Assembly (NCBI GenBank): GCA_965223265.1
Contig: OZ244999.1
Location: 5,920,001 to 5,984,000 of the forward strand
Reading direction: 5' to 3'
Source: Planctomycetota bacterium
GTDB lineage: Bacteria; Planctomycetota; UBA8108; SXIK01
DNA length: 64,000 nucleotides
Positions 38,308-47,931 of this stretch are shown here, piece by piece (within the stretch, counting starts at the first letter, position 1; the number at the start of each line of letters is the position of its first letter). The notes below the pieces were generated by a model. That model worked only from the letters and a program-made list of their open reading frames with translations. It made no database searches and had not been told where the DNA came from. The translations under genes and the position numbers were made by a program.

Positions 38308-39645
38308 CTACTTGCCGCTAGCGGCCAACAGAGCCTTCAGCTCTTGACCAAACCCCGTCAAGAATCGTTCGTCGCAGTAGACGTTGTAGGCAACACCTCG
38401 GGATCGATCGCCGCCTTGGCGCGATGCTCGCCGCGCGCTCCCGCTCACAAAGTCGCCCATGGGCTGGACCCCGTCCCGGAAGCGTCGAAAGAGCGCTTCA
38501 AACGCCGCGAACGAGTCGTCGATGCCGATCCACTTGCGGCCGAGCTCGTCCGCTGCATGCAGGCTCGTCCCCGAGCCGCAGAAAGGATCGAGGACGAGAT
38601 CCCCTTCATCAGTGCCCGATGCGACGATGGCCTTCAGCATGTGGAGATTCTTTTCGGTGGGATACCCGGTCACCTTAATGCTCTGGTGATGGGCATCACG
38701 AAAGTCCTCCCAGTAGTCTGTTCGCGGCGTGGTCTTGTTCGGCTCGAGCCAGACCTTGCGGCGTGGATTGCCGTTGCGTGACCAGTGAATGTCGCCTCGT
38801 GCGTCGAGCTCGTCGAGCGTGGACGGCCTAAGCTGCCAGTGCTTTCCCGGCGGCGGCTTCGTCCCACGCCATGGCTTGCCGCAGTCGCCGCGGCGTGTCC
38901 CGGGTGCGTGAATCGGCACCAACTTGAAGCGGCGACCACTGGCGGGATCGATCTTGGGGTATTCGCGCTCGATCCACTCTTGGCTGGGGCTCAAGCGAGG
39001 CTGGTGGAACTTGTAATTCTTAGTTTTTGAGTAGTAGAGCACGTAGTCGTGCAAGTTGGGGTACTGCTTCTTGGTGTAGTTCTTGCTGCTGCACTTGCGG
39101 CGCACGATCAGGTTGATGAACTGAGCCGGACCGAACACCTCGTCCATGACGACCTTCAGATGACACACCATCTGATGACCGATGTGAACGTAGATCGATC
39201 CGTTTTCGGCGAGGAGCTCGCGCATGAGAAACAGTCGGCGCCGCATGAACTCTATGTAGGGAGCCGGGGCAAGCAGATCCTTGTAGGCGTGCTCGAGCTG
39301 CCGCGACTGAAACTCCATGCCCGTCTGGAAAGGTGGGTCGGCGTAAATCAGCGACACGCTGCCGGCGTACTCAGAGAGGAGCGATTTCATGCCGCAAAAA
39401 TTGTCGCACAGGAGGAGGGCGTTCGGACTCAGCTTGCGAGCGCTACGAAAACAGCCTTTGGCGTAACGCAGCAGGGCGCGCCGCGGTGAGCTCGGCGTAA
39501 GAATCTGCTCTTCTGACAGCTTGCGATCAAACGCAAGACCGACGGCAGCAGAGTCGTCGGGCAAGGGATGCTGCTCGCGCCCGACCGACGCGCCTGAAAG
39601 CGAGTCTCTTCCGAGCTTCTCTCCCCTAACGATGCCGGTCGCCAC
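38308..39645 (-). CDS. Site-specific DNA amino-methyltransferase (N6-A/N4-C, beta class), apparently orphan
   Basis: LIYADPPF precedes YPTEK and VLDPFCGSGT. Confidence 0.9.
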   Translation of the reverse strand: MATGIVRGEKLGRDSLSGASVGREQHPLPDDSAAVGLAFDRKLSEEQILTPSSPRRALLRYAKGCFRSARKLSPNALLLCDNFCGMKSLLSEYAGSVSLIYADPPFQTGMEFQSRQLEHAYKDLLAPAPYIEFMRRRLFLMRELLAENGSIYVHIGHQMVCHLKVVMDEVFGPAQFINLIVRRKCSSKNYTKKQYPNLHDYVLYYSKTKNYKFHQPRLSPSQEWIEREYPKIDPASGRRFKLVPIHAPGTRRGDCGKPWRGTKPPPGKHWQLRPSTLDELDARGDIHWSRNGNPRRKVWLEPNKTTPRTDYWEDFRDAHHQSIKVTGYPTEKNLHMLKAIVASGTDEGDLVLDPFCGSGTSLHAADELGRKWIGIDDSFAAFEALFRRFRDGVQPMGDFVSGSARRASRQGGDRSRGVAYNVYCDERFLTGFGQELKALLAASGK

Positions 39646-40151
39646 GCTGGCAAGTCTCCTCGTGCTTCGGCTTCACTTCTGGTCGACGCGCGACCGCTAC
39701 ACGGCGATCTCCAAGTCTCCAGATCTCCAGGATCTTCAGTCCGCGATCTTTGGTCACACTCATCTCAAGAGACTTGAGCGCTGGCAAGTCTGATCAGAAA
39801 GGTGTCTTATGTCAACGCCGAACAACATGCCGGCGAACGTCTCGAGGACCGCGATTCTACGAGGACTCGGCACCGGTTCCTTTCCGCCGACACCTTCGTG
39901 CACCCAGGGAAAAACTCCGGCCAACTGCGAAGATACGACCACCCAGCGACCGAGGAAACAAAGAAAGACCTCAACGCCTGCAACAATGGCGAAAACAGCA
40001 AAAAGTTCAGTAATAACCTCTCTCGAGACGCGGCAGCAGACGGCGCGTCCATGCGCGTCGTCTCCCCCATCGCCAGCGCATGGCTCACAGATCGCCAGCG
40101 CCTAGCTCACAGTTCGTACGCTGGCGGTGCGAACCCGAATCTGAGTTTCCC

Positions 40152-41042
40152 GTGCCCACAAACATTCGCCTCAAACTATTGAAGAAACTCCGCAGCCGTT
40201 CGCATCGGTACGGCCTCTATCGTCTGCTGACACAGTCGACGACGCTGGCGATCCTTTTCTTCGTGCCGCTCTCCGGCCTGGCTCGCTGCGACCTCTGGGG
40301 TGGGGAGCATCGTTCACTCTTTCGCTCCGTCAGCGCCTTCGATGGCTTTGTCGCAGTCAGCGTCGGGGTCGCAGTGCTCTACCTCATCACCTTCGTCGCC
40401 AATTTCCTCTGCGGTCGGCTGTTCTGCGGTTGGGGCTGTCCCGTCGCGCAGGTCTCACGCTTCGGCGAAGCGCTCGAGTCGGGCGGCTGGCGTGCGAGAC
40501 TTGAGGGCGGTGCGTTCGCGACGCTTCTCGTACTCGGAGTCATGCTCTGGTGGGTGAGCCCGCGGATCATCGTCGACGGTAGCCTCGGCGCTTGGGCGGT
40601 GGCGGGCGCCGCTTTCTTGACGCTGTTTGCGCTCACCTACGCCCACGCGAAGGTGTTCCGCTGGGGGTTCTGCAAGAAAGCATGCCCGATCGGGCTTTAC
40701 TACTCCGTCGTCGCCACCGAGCCATCACACGGCATCGTGTTCGAGCGAGAGCTCGAGACCTGCAAGGAGTGCAGCCTCTGCGATCACGTCTGCCCGGTCG
40801 ATCTACACCCGCGCGAGCTGTCGCAAGCGCGAGATGGCCTTGGCGGCTTAGCGTTCGACGGCTTGCCGGAAGACAATCACTGTCTGCGCTGCGGCGACTG
40901 CGTCGAGGCGTGCGAATATGTCTTCGCGAAGGAACCCGAAGACCGCGTGCCGCTGCGCTTCGGCTACGGCAGAAAAGGCGCGCCGCTCGAGCCTCGGCGC
41001 CGAGCCGAGGAAGGCGCTCGCGATGCGACCGAGGCGAGCTAA
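40152..41042 (+). CDS. Membrane 4Fe-4S binding protein (NapH/RdxA/CcoG-like)
   Basis: FCGWGCP, FCKKACP, CKECSLCDHVCP and CLRCGDCVEAC plus 4 TMs. Start uncertain (40080-40152). Confidence 0.8.
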   Translation: MPTNIRLKLLKKLRSRSHRYGLYRLLTQSTTLAILFFVPLSGLARCDLWGGEHRSLFRSVSAFDGFVAVSVGVAVLYLITFVANFLCGRLFCGWGCPVAQVSRFGEALESGGWRARLEGGAFATLLVLGVMLWWVSPRIIVDGSLGAWAVAGAAFLTLFALTYAHAKVFRWGFCKKACPIGLYYSVVATEPSHGIVFERELETCKECSLCDHVCPVDLHPRELSQARDGLGGLAFDGLPEDNHCLRCGDCVEACEYVFAKEPEDRVPLRFGYGRKGAPLEPRRRAEEGARDATEAS

Positions 41043-41359
41043 GCTAACCTCGAGTTGGACCCTGGATTGAGGTCAGCTTCGCAGTGAGGTAGCAGCCGGT
41101 TGCGACATTGTCCCCGGTGTGCGAGAACGCAGTGAGAATCTGATCGATGATTCGAAACAGGGCACTCAAGCGCGAAGACTTCTTGTGGCGCTCTTCGGCG
41201 AGAGTTAAGCTGAGCGTCGCACACACTCTTGGCGGTGGACTGCGCTCGTCTGGGCGCGGGTCGTGATGCGAACGGCGGCAGGTTTGACTCTGGTCTCAGT
41301 CGCGGCGGCGACGAGATCTCCCGAAGGCGTCAGCGAGCCGCACTCTGGGGGAACTCCTC

Positions 41360-42061
41360 ATGGCACTGCCGGACTCGACTTGCTGGATGCTGATCGAAGG
41401 AGCTGCTTCGGGGCGGAAAGAATGCCGGGACGATTTCGGCCGCCGCTATGAGCCGGTTGTGCGCGCGTACCTCGGCGCGCGTTGGCGTGATTCTGCACTC
41501 CGCCTCGATGTCGATGACGCCGTGCAGGAGGTCTTCCTCGAGTGCTTCCGTGAAGGAGGCGCGCTCGACCGCGTCGAGAAGGACCGCGCCGGAGGATTTC
41601 GTGCTTTTCTCTTCGGCGTCTCGCGCAACGTCGCGCTCCGAGTCGAACGCGCGCGTGGCCGTACTCGGGAAGCGCAGCACGCCGGCGTGCCCGATCCCGA
41701 CGACCTGGCGCGGCAAGAAGCGACTCTGTCGCGCCTCTTCGATCAGGCCTGGGCGAAATCGATCTTTCGTGAAGCCGCGGATCTCCAGCGCCAGCGGGCC
41801 ACCGAGCAAGACGGCGCGCCGCAGGTCGGGGTTGGGGCAGAGAAACGCGTCGAACTCCTCCACCTCCGATTCCACGAAGATCTGCCGATTCGAACGATCG
41901 CGGTGCGCTGGGGTGTCAATGCCGCCCTGCTGCACAAGGAGTACGCGCGCGCGCGCCAGGAGTTCAGGGCGGCCCTGCGCGAAATCGTCGCGTTCCACCA
42001 TGGGGGGTCTCCGCCAGAGATCGAACGAGAATGCAGTGAGCTACTGCATTTGCTGAGCTAG
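41360..42061 (+). CDS. ECF sigma-70 factor of the Ser/Thr kinase-associated type
   Basis: STCW N-terminal motif, DVDDAVQEVF, FRAFLFGV.RN, FD..WA linker and sigma4 HTH. Directly upstream of a kinase gene. Confidence 0.85.
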   Translation: MALPDSTCWMLIEGAASGRKECRDDFGRRYEPVVRAYLGARWRDSALRLDVDDAVQEVFLECFREGGALDRVEKDRAGGFRAFLFGVSRNVALRVERARGRTREAQHAGVPDPDDLARQEATLSRLFDQAWAKSIFREAADLQRQRATEQDGAPQVGVGAEKRVELLHLRFHEDLPIRTIAVRWGVNAALLHKEYARARQEFRAALREIVAFHHGGSPPEIERECSELLHLLS

Positions 42062-42150
42062 GAGAAGGACACAAGTCTGAGCGTCGCCTGAAAAAGCGCT
42101 AAGGGAGATTCAGGCGAGAGTTGTTCTCCAGTTTTTTTCCTAATTCTCGA

Positions 42151-42176
42151 GGCGAAAAGGCGAGGTAACGCGAACC
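42151..42176 (+). promoter_or_regulatory. Candidate ECF promoter GGCGAAAA-N12-CGAACC
   Basis: The same bipartite motif with the same spacing occurs at 47725-47750. Confidence 0.45.
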
Positions 42177-42236
42177 TGAGGTACGGGGTGTCCCCCCACG
42201 AGGGGTTGGTAGCAGGCGACGGGAGGTATTTCCGCC

Positions 42237-45200
42237 ATGACGGAGCACCGTTCGAGTCACGCGGCAGAGCAAGCGAGTCGGCCGATTCCGCAGACGAACG
42301 GCGGCTCGCTCGACGTAGGTCTCCGAGCTGCCTTCGGGCCCGCCTCGGAGACTCCCGACGGCCTCACCCCTTCGGTCGCCCAGGTGCTATCACGAAGGGT
42401 CGGCCCGCTCTCGCAGATCAGCCTGCGCGACGTCGAAGACGACAACAGCCCGATTCTCAGACCACGCAGCCGCTCGCTCGAGCAGAGAGTCCCCGGCAAC
42501 ATCGACCGCTTTCAGGTCGCTGGTGAGATCGCCCGCGGCGGCGTCGGCGCCGTTCTCAAAGCGCGCGACGTCGACCTTGGTCGCGACATCGCGCTGAAGG
42601 TGCTCCTCGACGAGTATCAGGACAACCCGGACATGATCCGGCGCTTCGTCGAGGAGGCCCAAATCGCTGGGCAGCTGCAGCATCCCGGCATCGTCGCGGT
42701 GCACGAGATGGGCCTCTTTGGCGGCAAGCGCCCCTACTTCGCCATGAAGCTCGTCAAAGGGCAGACGCTTTCTGCTCTCTTAAAGGAGCGACAGACACCA
42801 GGTGAGGATCGGCAGCGATTCCTTGGCGTCTTCGAGCAGGTATGCCAGACGCTGGCTTACGCGCACACCCGTGGTGTTATCCATCGCGACCTCAAGCCGT
42901 CGAATATCATGGTCGGCACCTTCGGCGAAGTGCAGGTGATGGACTGGGGGCTGGCCAAGGTGCTGTCGCACGGCGGTCTTTCGGACGACCGCTGGGCATC
43001 GAAGACGCGACCGGACGACAGCGCGGTCAAGACGGTGCGCAGCGCCAGCGGCGGCTCGGCGTCGCTCGCCGGCTCCGTTCTGGGAACGCCCGCGTACATG
43101 CCTCCGGAGCAGGCGCGCGGTGAAGTGGACGACCTCGACGAACGCTCCGATGTCTTCGGCCTCGGCGCGATTCTTTGCGAGGTTCTCACCGGTGACCCAC
43201 CCTACACCGGCAAAAACAGCGATGACGTCTTCCGCCGCGCCAAGAAGGCGCAGCTCGGCGAGGCGCTGACCCGGCTGGATGGGTGCGGCGCCGACGAAGA
43301 AGTGATCGGGCTAGCGAAAAGGTGCCTCGCAACTGCGCCACAAGACCGCCCGCCTAACGCCAAAGCGGTCACGAAACAGCTGAGCGACTACCTCGAGTCA
43401 CTTGAGGGACGAGCGCGCAAACTCGAGGTCGAGGCCGCCGAGGCGCGGGTCAAGGCGCTCGGCGAACGCCGGGCGCGACGATTGACGCTCGCCTTGGCGA
43501 TCATGGCGGTTGTGACGTTAGTTCTTTGTGGCGTTTACCTGGTGCGCGTTGCGACGAGAAACACCTTGGCTGAGACCGCCATCAAAGATGTCAGTAGTCT
43601 GTGGGAACGCGTGCAAGAGAAGAGCATTCACCCATCGTGGACGAGTGTGGCGCAGCACACGGATGACCAGAACTTTGTTGACGACCCGTTGAAAGACGCG
43701 CTGACAGCCGCGCAGCATGCCGTCGGGCTCGCCGAAGGCGCGCGCGTGCAGCTGCATCACAAGGCGCGCCAGTTGCGGGATGACATTCAGGTGGCGCTTT
43801 CGAAGCGCAGGGAGAACCGCGAGATGCTCCGGCGGCTCGATCGTCTGCCGGTGCCTTCACCCTCCTATTACGAAAAAGGAGAACGAGAACTCCTCAAGAC
43901 CTTCGAGCAGGCGTTCCGCGACTACGGCATCGACGTCGTCAATCTCGATCCTCAAACCGCTGCGGAGCGCATCAACGAGAGCGGCATCGCGGAGGAGTTG
44001 GCGCAGGCACTCGACGTTTGGATGGCGATGCAGAGCCGGCCGGTCGACGGGAATGAGACCGATGTGATGGAAAAGCTCTCTCAGATCGCCGACCGGGTCG
44101 ACCCCAACCCCTGGCAAAGACGGATGCGTCAGGCGGTGACTGAAAGAGACGTCGACGAGTTGCGCAAGTTGGCGGTCGCGGCCGATGCTGGTAGGAGTAG
44201 CGAACGAAGCCTTCTCTGCCTCGCGGCGCACCTCTTCCGTACCGACAGGGAAGCCAGTAAGAACCTGCTCAAGAGAGCCTGGGGGCACCACCCTGACAGT
44301 TTCTGGATCAACTATTGGCTCGGTGTCGTCCTGCGCATGGAGGGCTCCGCAGACAGCCGCGGACACTTGCGCGCTGCCGTGGCCCTGCGGCGAGAAAGCC
44401 CCTGGGTCCTGCGCGACATCGGCCGCGAGTTCTGCCGCCCGAGGGGAAAGGCGTCAGCGTGGGGACCCAACAACCCGTCGCCGACCGACTTCGAGATCGG
44501 CATCGACGCCTACACCGAGGCCATCCGGCTCGATCCGAGTCACTATTTCTCCTTCTACCAGGTGTCGTTGCGAGTCCTCCAGCGACCCGGCGTTCTCGAC
44601 CGTGGTCGAAGGAGTGCCGCCATCGAGCGGCTGATCCACCGCCTCGACGCAGTAGTTCGCTCGTCCGACCCGGTTCCCGACTACGCACGAAACGCCTTTC
44701 TCGCCGCCTGGTGCCTCAAACCGACGGTTGAACCGGTGTCGAACGTCCTCAGCGTAGCAATTCACGACGTCGAGGCGACGCAGCGCAAGGATCGCCGCGC
44801 GCTCAGTGTCATGGCGCATGTACTCTGGCACCGCGGCCAGCGTGAGGAAGCGATCCGTACGATGGAGGAGGCGCTCCGCCTGCACGGCGAGATTCCAACG
44901 AATGCCAAGGACTTGATCGAAGCTTGGCGCCGCGCGGAGCCGGATCTCCTGACGTACGCCTCCATCGACGCCGCCATGGACGATGCGGAAAAACTCGAGC
45001 GTTTCGTCGAACAGAGTGGGCCCGACGCGGCAGCGCGGCGAGCGTATCTCGACGGCCGTCGCCTGCAGCTAGCCGAGCAGCCGGTGGCTGCCGCCGAGAA
45101 GTTCAACGACGTCCTTGCGCTCGACGTCGCGCACGACCAGCCAGAGCCGTACCTTCGCCTCGCCGAGACCCTGCGGGACGCGGGAAGGAGTCAAGAAGCG

Positions 45201-45911
45201 GAAGAGCTCCTGCGAGATGCACTGACAAAGAGAAGATTCTCCTTCGCCGAGTTCTGGAATCTGTGGCTGACCATCTCAATGGTCGATCTCCGGCAGACTC
45301 CGGAGCAGCTTCTCGCTACGTTTCCGACCACACCGCAGCAAACTCAACCCGAAGAGAACCTGTTCGTGGTTGTCGACTATGCCAGCGATCTCCGCTGGCT
45401 TCTGGAGCGCTTGACAGCAAAAGAGCCTGTGCAGATCAATTGCGGCGGCACGAGACACAAAAGCGCGAGCGGCCGAATCTGGGAGAGTGATCGCTTCTAC
45501 ATCCGCGGGGAACTCCTCTACGCCGGGGTCAATCAGTTTCCTGGCGGCATCCACGGCACCGACGAGCCTCCTCTCTACGCCACCAACCGCTGGTTTCCGA
45601 CCATCGCCCTTCCTGCAGGCTACCGAATTCCATTGCCTCCAGGGTCGTACCGCGTGCGACTTCACTTCGCCGAAGTCTTCTACTCGGTCACCGGGCCAGG
45701 AATCCGCGTCTTCAACGTGTTGATCGAAGACGAGCCGGTGGAAGAACTGACAGGCTACGACATCATGGCAACAACCAAAGCCTTCGCGACGACAGACGTC
45801 CACGAAGTGGAAGCCGAAGTCACCGATGGGATCCTCGACATCGAATTCACCAACGTCGACCCGCGCCTAGGGAACCCCATCATCTGTGCGATCGAAGTGG
45901 AACAGAAATGA
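42237..45911 (+). CDS. Membrane Hanks-type Ser/Thr protein kinase with TPR region and C-terminal malectin domain
   Basis: IARGGVG.V, ALK, HRDLKPSN, DWG, GTPAYMPPEQ; one TM; TPR-like helices; then INCGG..W.SD..LY.T.R..Y.VRLHFAE..RVFNVLIE..V.DG.L.I.F..P.I.AIEV (malectin). Confidence 0.9.
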   Translation: MTEHRSSHAAEQASRPIPQTNGGSLDVGLRAAFGPASETPDGLTPSVAQVLSRRVGPLSQISLRDVEDDNSPILRPRSRSLEQRVPGNIDRFQVAGEIARGGVGAVLKARDVDLGRDIALKVLLDEYQDNPDMIRRFVEEAQIAGQLQHPGIVAVHEMGLFGGKRPYFAMKLVKGQTLSALLKERQTPGEDRQRFLGVFEQVCQTLAYAHTRGVIHRDLKPSNIMVGTFGEVQVMDWGLAKVLSHGGLSDDRWASKTRPDDSAVKTVRSASGGSASLAGSVLGTPAYMPPEQARGEVDDLDERSDVFGLGAILCEVLTGDPPYTGKNSDDVFRRAKKAQLGEALTRLDGCGADEEVIGLAKRCLATAPQDRPPNAKAVTKQLSDYLESLEGRARKLEVEAAEARVKALGERRARRLTLALAIMAVVTLVLCGVYLVRVATRNTLAETAIKDVSSLWERVQEKSIHPSWTSVAQHTDDQNFVDDPLKDALTAAQHAVGLAEGARVQLHHKARQLRDDIQVALSKRRENREMLRRLDRLPVPSPSYYEKGERELLKTFEQAFRDYGIDVVNLDPQTAAERINESGIAEELAQALDVWMAMQSRPVDGNETDVMEKLSQIADRVDPNPWQRRMRQAVTERDVDELRKLAVAADAGRSSERSLLCLAAHLFRTDREASKNLLKRAWGHHPDSFWINYWLGVVLRMEGSADSRGHLRAAVALRRESPWVLRDIGREFCRPRGKASAWGPNNPSPTDFEIGIDAYTEAIRLDPSHYFSFYQVSLRVLQRPGVLDRGRRSAAIERLIHRLDAVVRSSDPVPDYARNAFLAAWCLKPTVEPVSNVLSVAIHDVEATQRKDRRALSVMAHVLWHRGQREEAIRTMEEALRLHGEIPTNAKDLIEAWRRAEPDLLTYASIDAAMDDAEKLERFVEQSGPDAAARRAYLDGRRLQLAEQPVAAAEKFNDVLALDVAHDQPEPYLRLAETLRDAGRSQEAEELLRDALTKRRFSFAEFWNLWLTISMVDLRQTPEQLLATFPTTPQQTQPEENLFVVVDYASDLRWLLERLTAKEPVQINCGGTRHKSASGRIWESDRFYIRGELLYAGVNQFPGGIHGTDEPPLYATNRWFPTIALPAGYRIPLPPGSYRVRLHFAEVFYSVTGPGIRVFNVLIEDEPVEELTGYDIMATTKAFATTDVHEVEAEVTDGILDIEFTNVDPRLGNPIICAIEVEQK

Positions 45912-46028
45912 TGGTGGGAGCAGTGGGAGATCGAGCCTCGAGAAGAGGGTGCAGAAACAGCGACGAAGAAGACTCGAACCAACGAAGCGGTAAACAACGA
46001 GAACGAATCGCTTAGAAAGGAGCCGAGT

Positions 46029-47552
46029 ATGTCTCAGAGACAGAGCTCGAGAGTTTCGATTGCGGCGCTTTTGACTGCGACCACCTTTGCGGTCGGAATC
46101 GCCCACGCCAATATCGACTACACCGACGACAGCGGTGACGTCAACGGCGACGGCATCGTCGACCTCGCCGACGCCGTCTTCCTACTCAACTGGCTCTTCG
46201 GCGATGCGGAGGGTCCGGCGCACCGCCCGTCCGATCCGGCCTGCCAAGTCGACCCGGAGGACGGAGAGCTATCGGGCGCAGGCATCACCCGCATGCCCGT
46301 CCGCAGAGTTCGAGACCTCCATACCTTCGTCGGCGCCTCGTGGCTCGTCCGCAGCGCCGACGGAGTCACGGCGCTGCTGCACTCAGACGACATTCCCACT
46401 GGTCACGCGGTGACGCTGTGGTGGGTCATCATCAACAACCCCGAAGAGTGCGTCGATGGCTGCGATGGAACGGACTTTCGGGTCGCAGCGACGAACTCCG
46501 ATCTACTCTACGCCGACGGTTTCGTCGTCGGTGATGGACACGTGAGCTTCGGAGCCCACTTGCAGGTCGGCGACATCGCTGAGTCCTACCGCGACCTCTG
46601 GAATTTGGAACCGATCGGACTTCTGGACCCTCTGAACGCCGAGATCCGCTTGTTCGTTCGCAGTCACGGACCAGTAACCCCAGAGAGCGATATCGCCGCG
46701 ATGATCGGGACGATGGACGCCGGTTGCGACAAGGAAAAAGCGATACCGCGCGGTGAAGTTCCCGACGAACCTGGCGAGTGTAGTGACATCCTCGCGAGTG
46801 GCCACATCGCAGGCGTCACTATGTCGGACTACGTTGTCGATGCTAACGTGCTCGACGGCGGCCGCGAGGTCGAGTTCGCTCTTGAGACTGGTGACGTCAA
46901 CGCGGACCGCAAAACGGACATCAGTGACGCTATCTATCTCCTCAGTGCACTCTTTCGAAGTGGCCCACAACCGGCCGAGTTTCTCTGCGAAACGAACCCG
47001 CTTGACGAGACTTCGGCGCGCGGCGGCATCAGCCGGATGCCGATCCAACCCGTCGGTGACGGGGAGAGCGTCGTCGGCTCCTCCTGGATCAGCCGCAACG
47101 AACGCGGCGTCACGGTGTTCGTCGCGCCGGCGGAAATCCCCGCCGGCCACGGCATCAGCCTCTGGTGGGGAATCTACAACAACCCGTCAGCCTGCGATGG
47201 CGATTGCGACGGCGCTGATCTGGCGAATCCGGCGGTCGAGGCCGACATCGTCTATGGGCGCAGCTTCGTTACTGGAACGGAGCATCCGAGCGCTGGTGAC
47301 CACCTTGGGCTCGATGAGACTTCTGGGTCCGTGAGGGCAAGCACTCTGGGCATGGAGCCCATCGGGCTCGTCGATCCCTTGAAGGCAGAGATTCACCTCA
47401 TCATCCGCGACTACGGCAAACTGCAGCCAGGTGATTCCATGGAGGTGCCAGCGCGCTTTGATGGCGAGTGCGAGCGCCTCCTGCTCCAGGGCGAGATGCC
47501 GAAGACCGCGGCGACTTGCTCGAGCCTGTTCACAGCACGGCATCGATCATAG
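46029..47552 (+). CDS. Secreted protein with two half-dockerin motifs and two copies of an uncharacterised His/Cys domain
   Basis: Signal peptide ending AHA. GDVNGDGIVDLADA and GDVNADRKTDISDA. Two GH..LWW...NNP..C...C.G.D repeats. Confidence 0.8.
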   Translation: MSQRQSSRVSIAALLTATTFAVGIAHANIDYTDDSGDVNGDGIVDLADAVFLLNWLFGDAEGPAHRPSDPACQVDPEDGELSGAGITRMPVRRVRDLHTFVGASWLVRSADGVTALLHSDDIPTGHAVTLWWVIINNPEECVDGCDGTDFRVAATNSDLLYADGFVVGDGHVSFGAHLQVGDIAESYRDLWNLEPIGLLDPLNAEIRLFVRSHGPVTPESDIAAMIGTMDAGCDKEKAIPRGEVPDEPGECSDILASGHIAGVTMSDYVVDANVLDGGREVEFALETGDVNADRKTDISDAIYLLSALFRSGPQPAEFLCETNPLDETSARGGISRMPIQPVGDGESVVGSSWISRNERGVTVFVAPAEIPAGHGISLWWGIYNNPSACDGDCDGADLANPAVEADIVYGRSFVTGTEHPSAGDHLGLDETSGSVRASTLGMEPIGLVDPLKAEIHLIIRDYGKLQPGDSMEVPARFDGECERLLLQGEMPKTAATCSSLFTARHRS

Positions 47553-47631
47553 TTTCAACAAGCGATCTTCTCGCAAGTCACGCGGCGCTTTTTCGATTGT
47601 TCCGCGCGCAGCGTGAAGCCCCTAACGATAG

Positions 47632-47661
47632 AGAGCCGGCATTGGCCGGCTCTTTTTTTTT
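47632..47661 (+). terminator. Rho-independent terminator
   Basis: AGAGCCGGC-ATTG-GCCGGCTCT followed by a T run. Confidence 0.85.
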
Positions 47662-47724
47662 GGCGCGCAAACCCACCCCCCTCACCTCCACAGCGTCTCC
47701 CAAAAAGAATCCAACAAACCTGCG

Positions 47725-47750
47725 GGTGAAAACCTCTCGAGCGACGAACC
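47725..47750 (+). promoter_or_regulatory. Candidate ECF promoter GGTGAAAA-N12-CGAACC
   Basis: Lies after the terminator and before the 47932 gene; matches 42151-42176. Confidence 0.45.
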
Positions 47751-47931
47751 AGGAATGTAGACGACGCCTGAGCTGACACCGAAAGCTTTCAGCGGCGTCA
47801 TGACTGATCTCCGGAGGCTGGTCAGGGACATTCGCCACGAACACGCGGCTGCCACCACAGCGAACACGCCGTGTTCAAACCTGCTCGTGTTGCAGGGGAT
47901 AACCAATTAGCTACGTGGGAGAATCTTTGCT

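Noticed and set aside
38308-41042. Complete restriction-modification or defence island
   Set aside because: Only a methyltransferase is recognisable; the neighbours are a 4Fe-4S membrane protein and the LemA operon.
45948-45980. Third copy of the GGYGAAAA-N12-CGAACC motif before 46029
   Set aside because: CGAACC is present at 45975 but there is no matching upstream element at 12-bp spacing.
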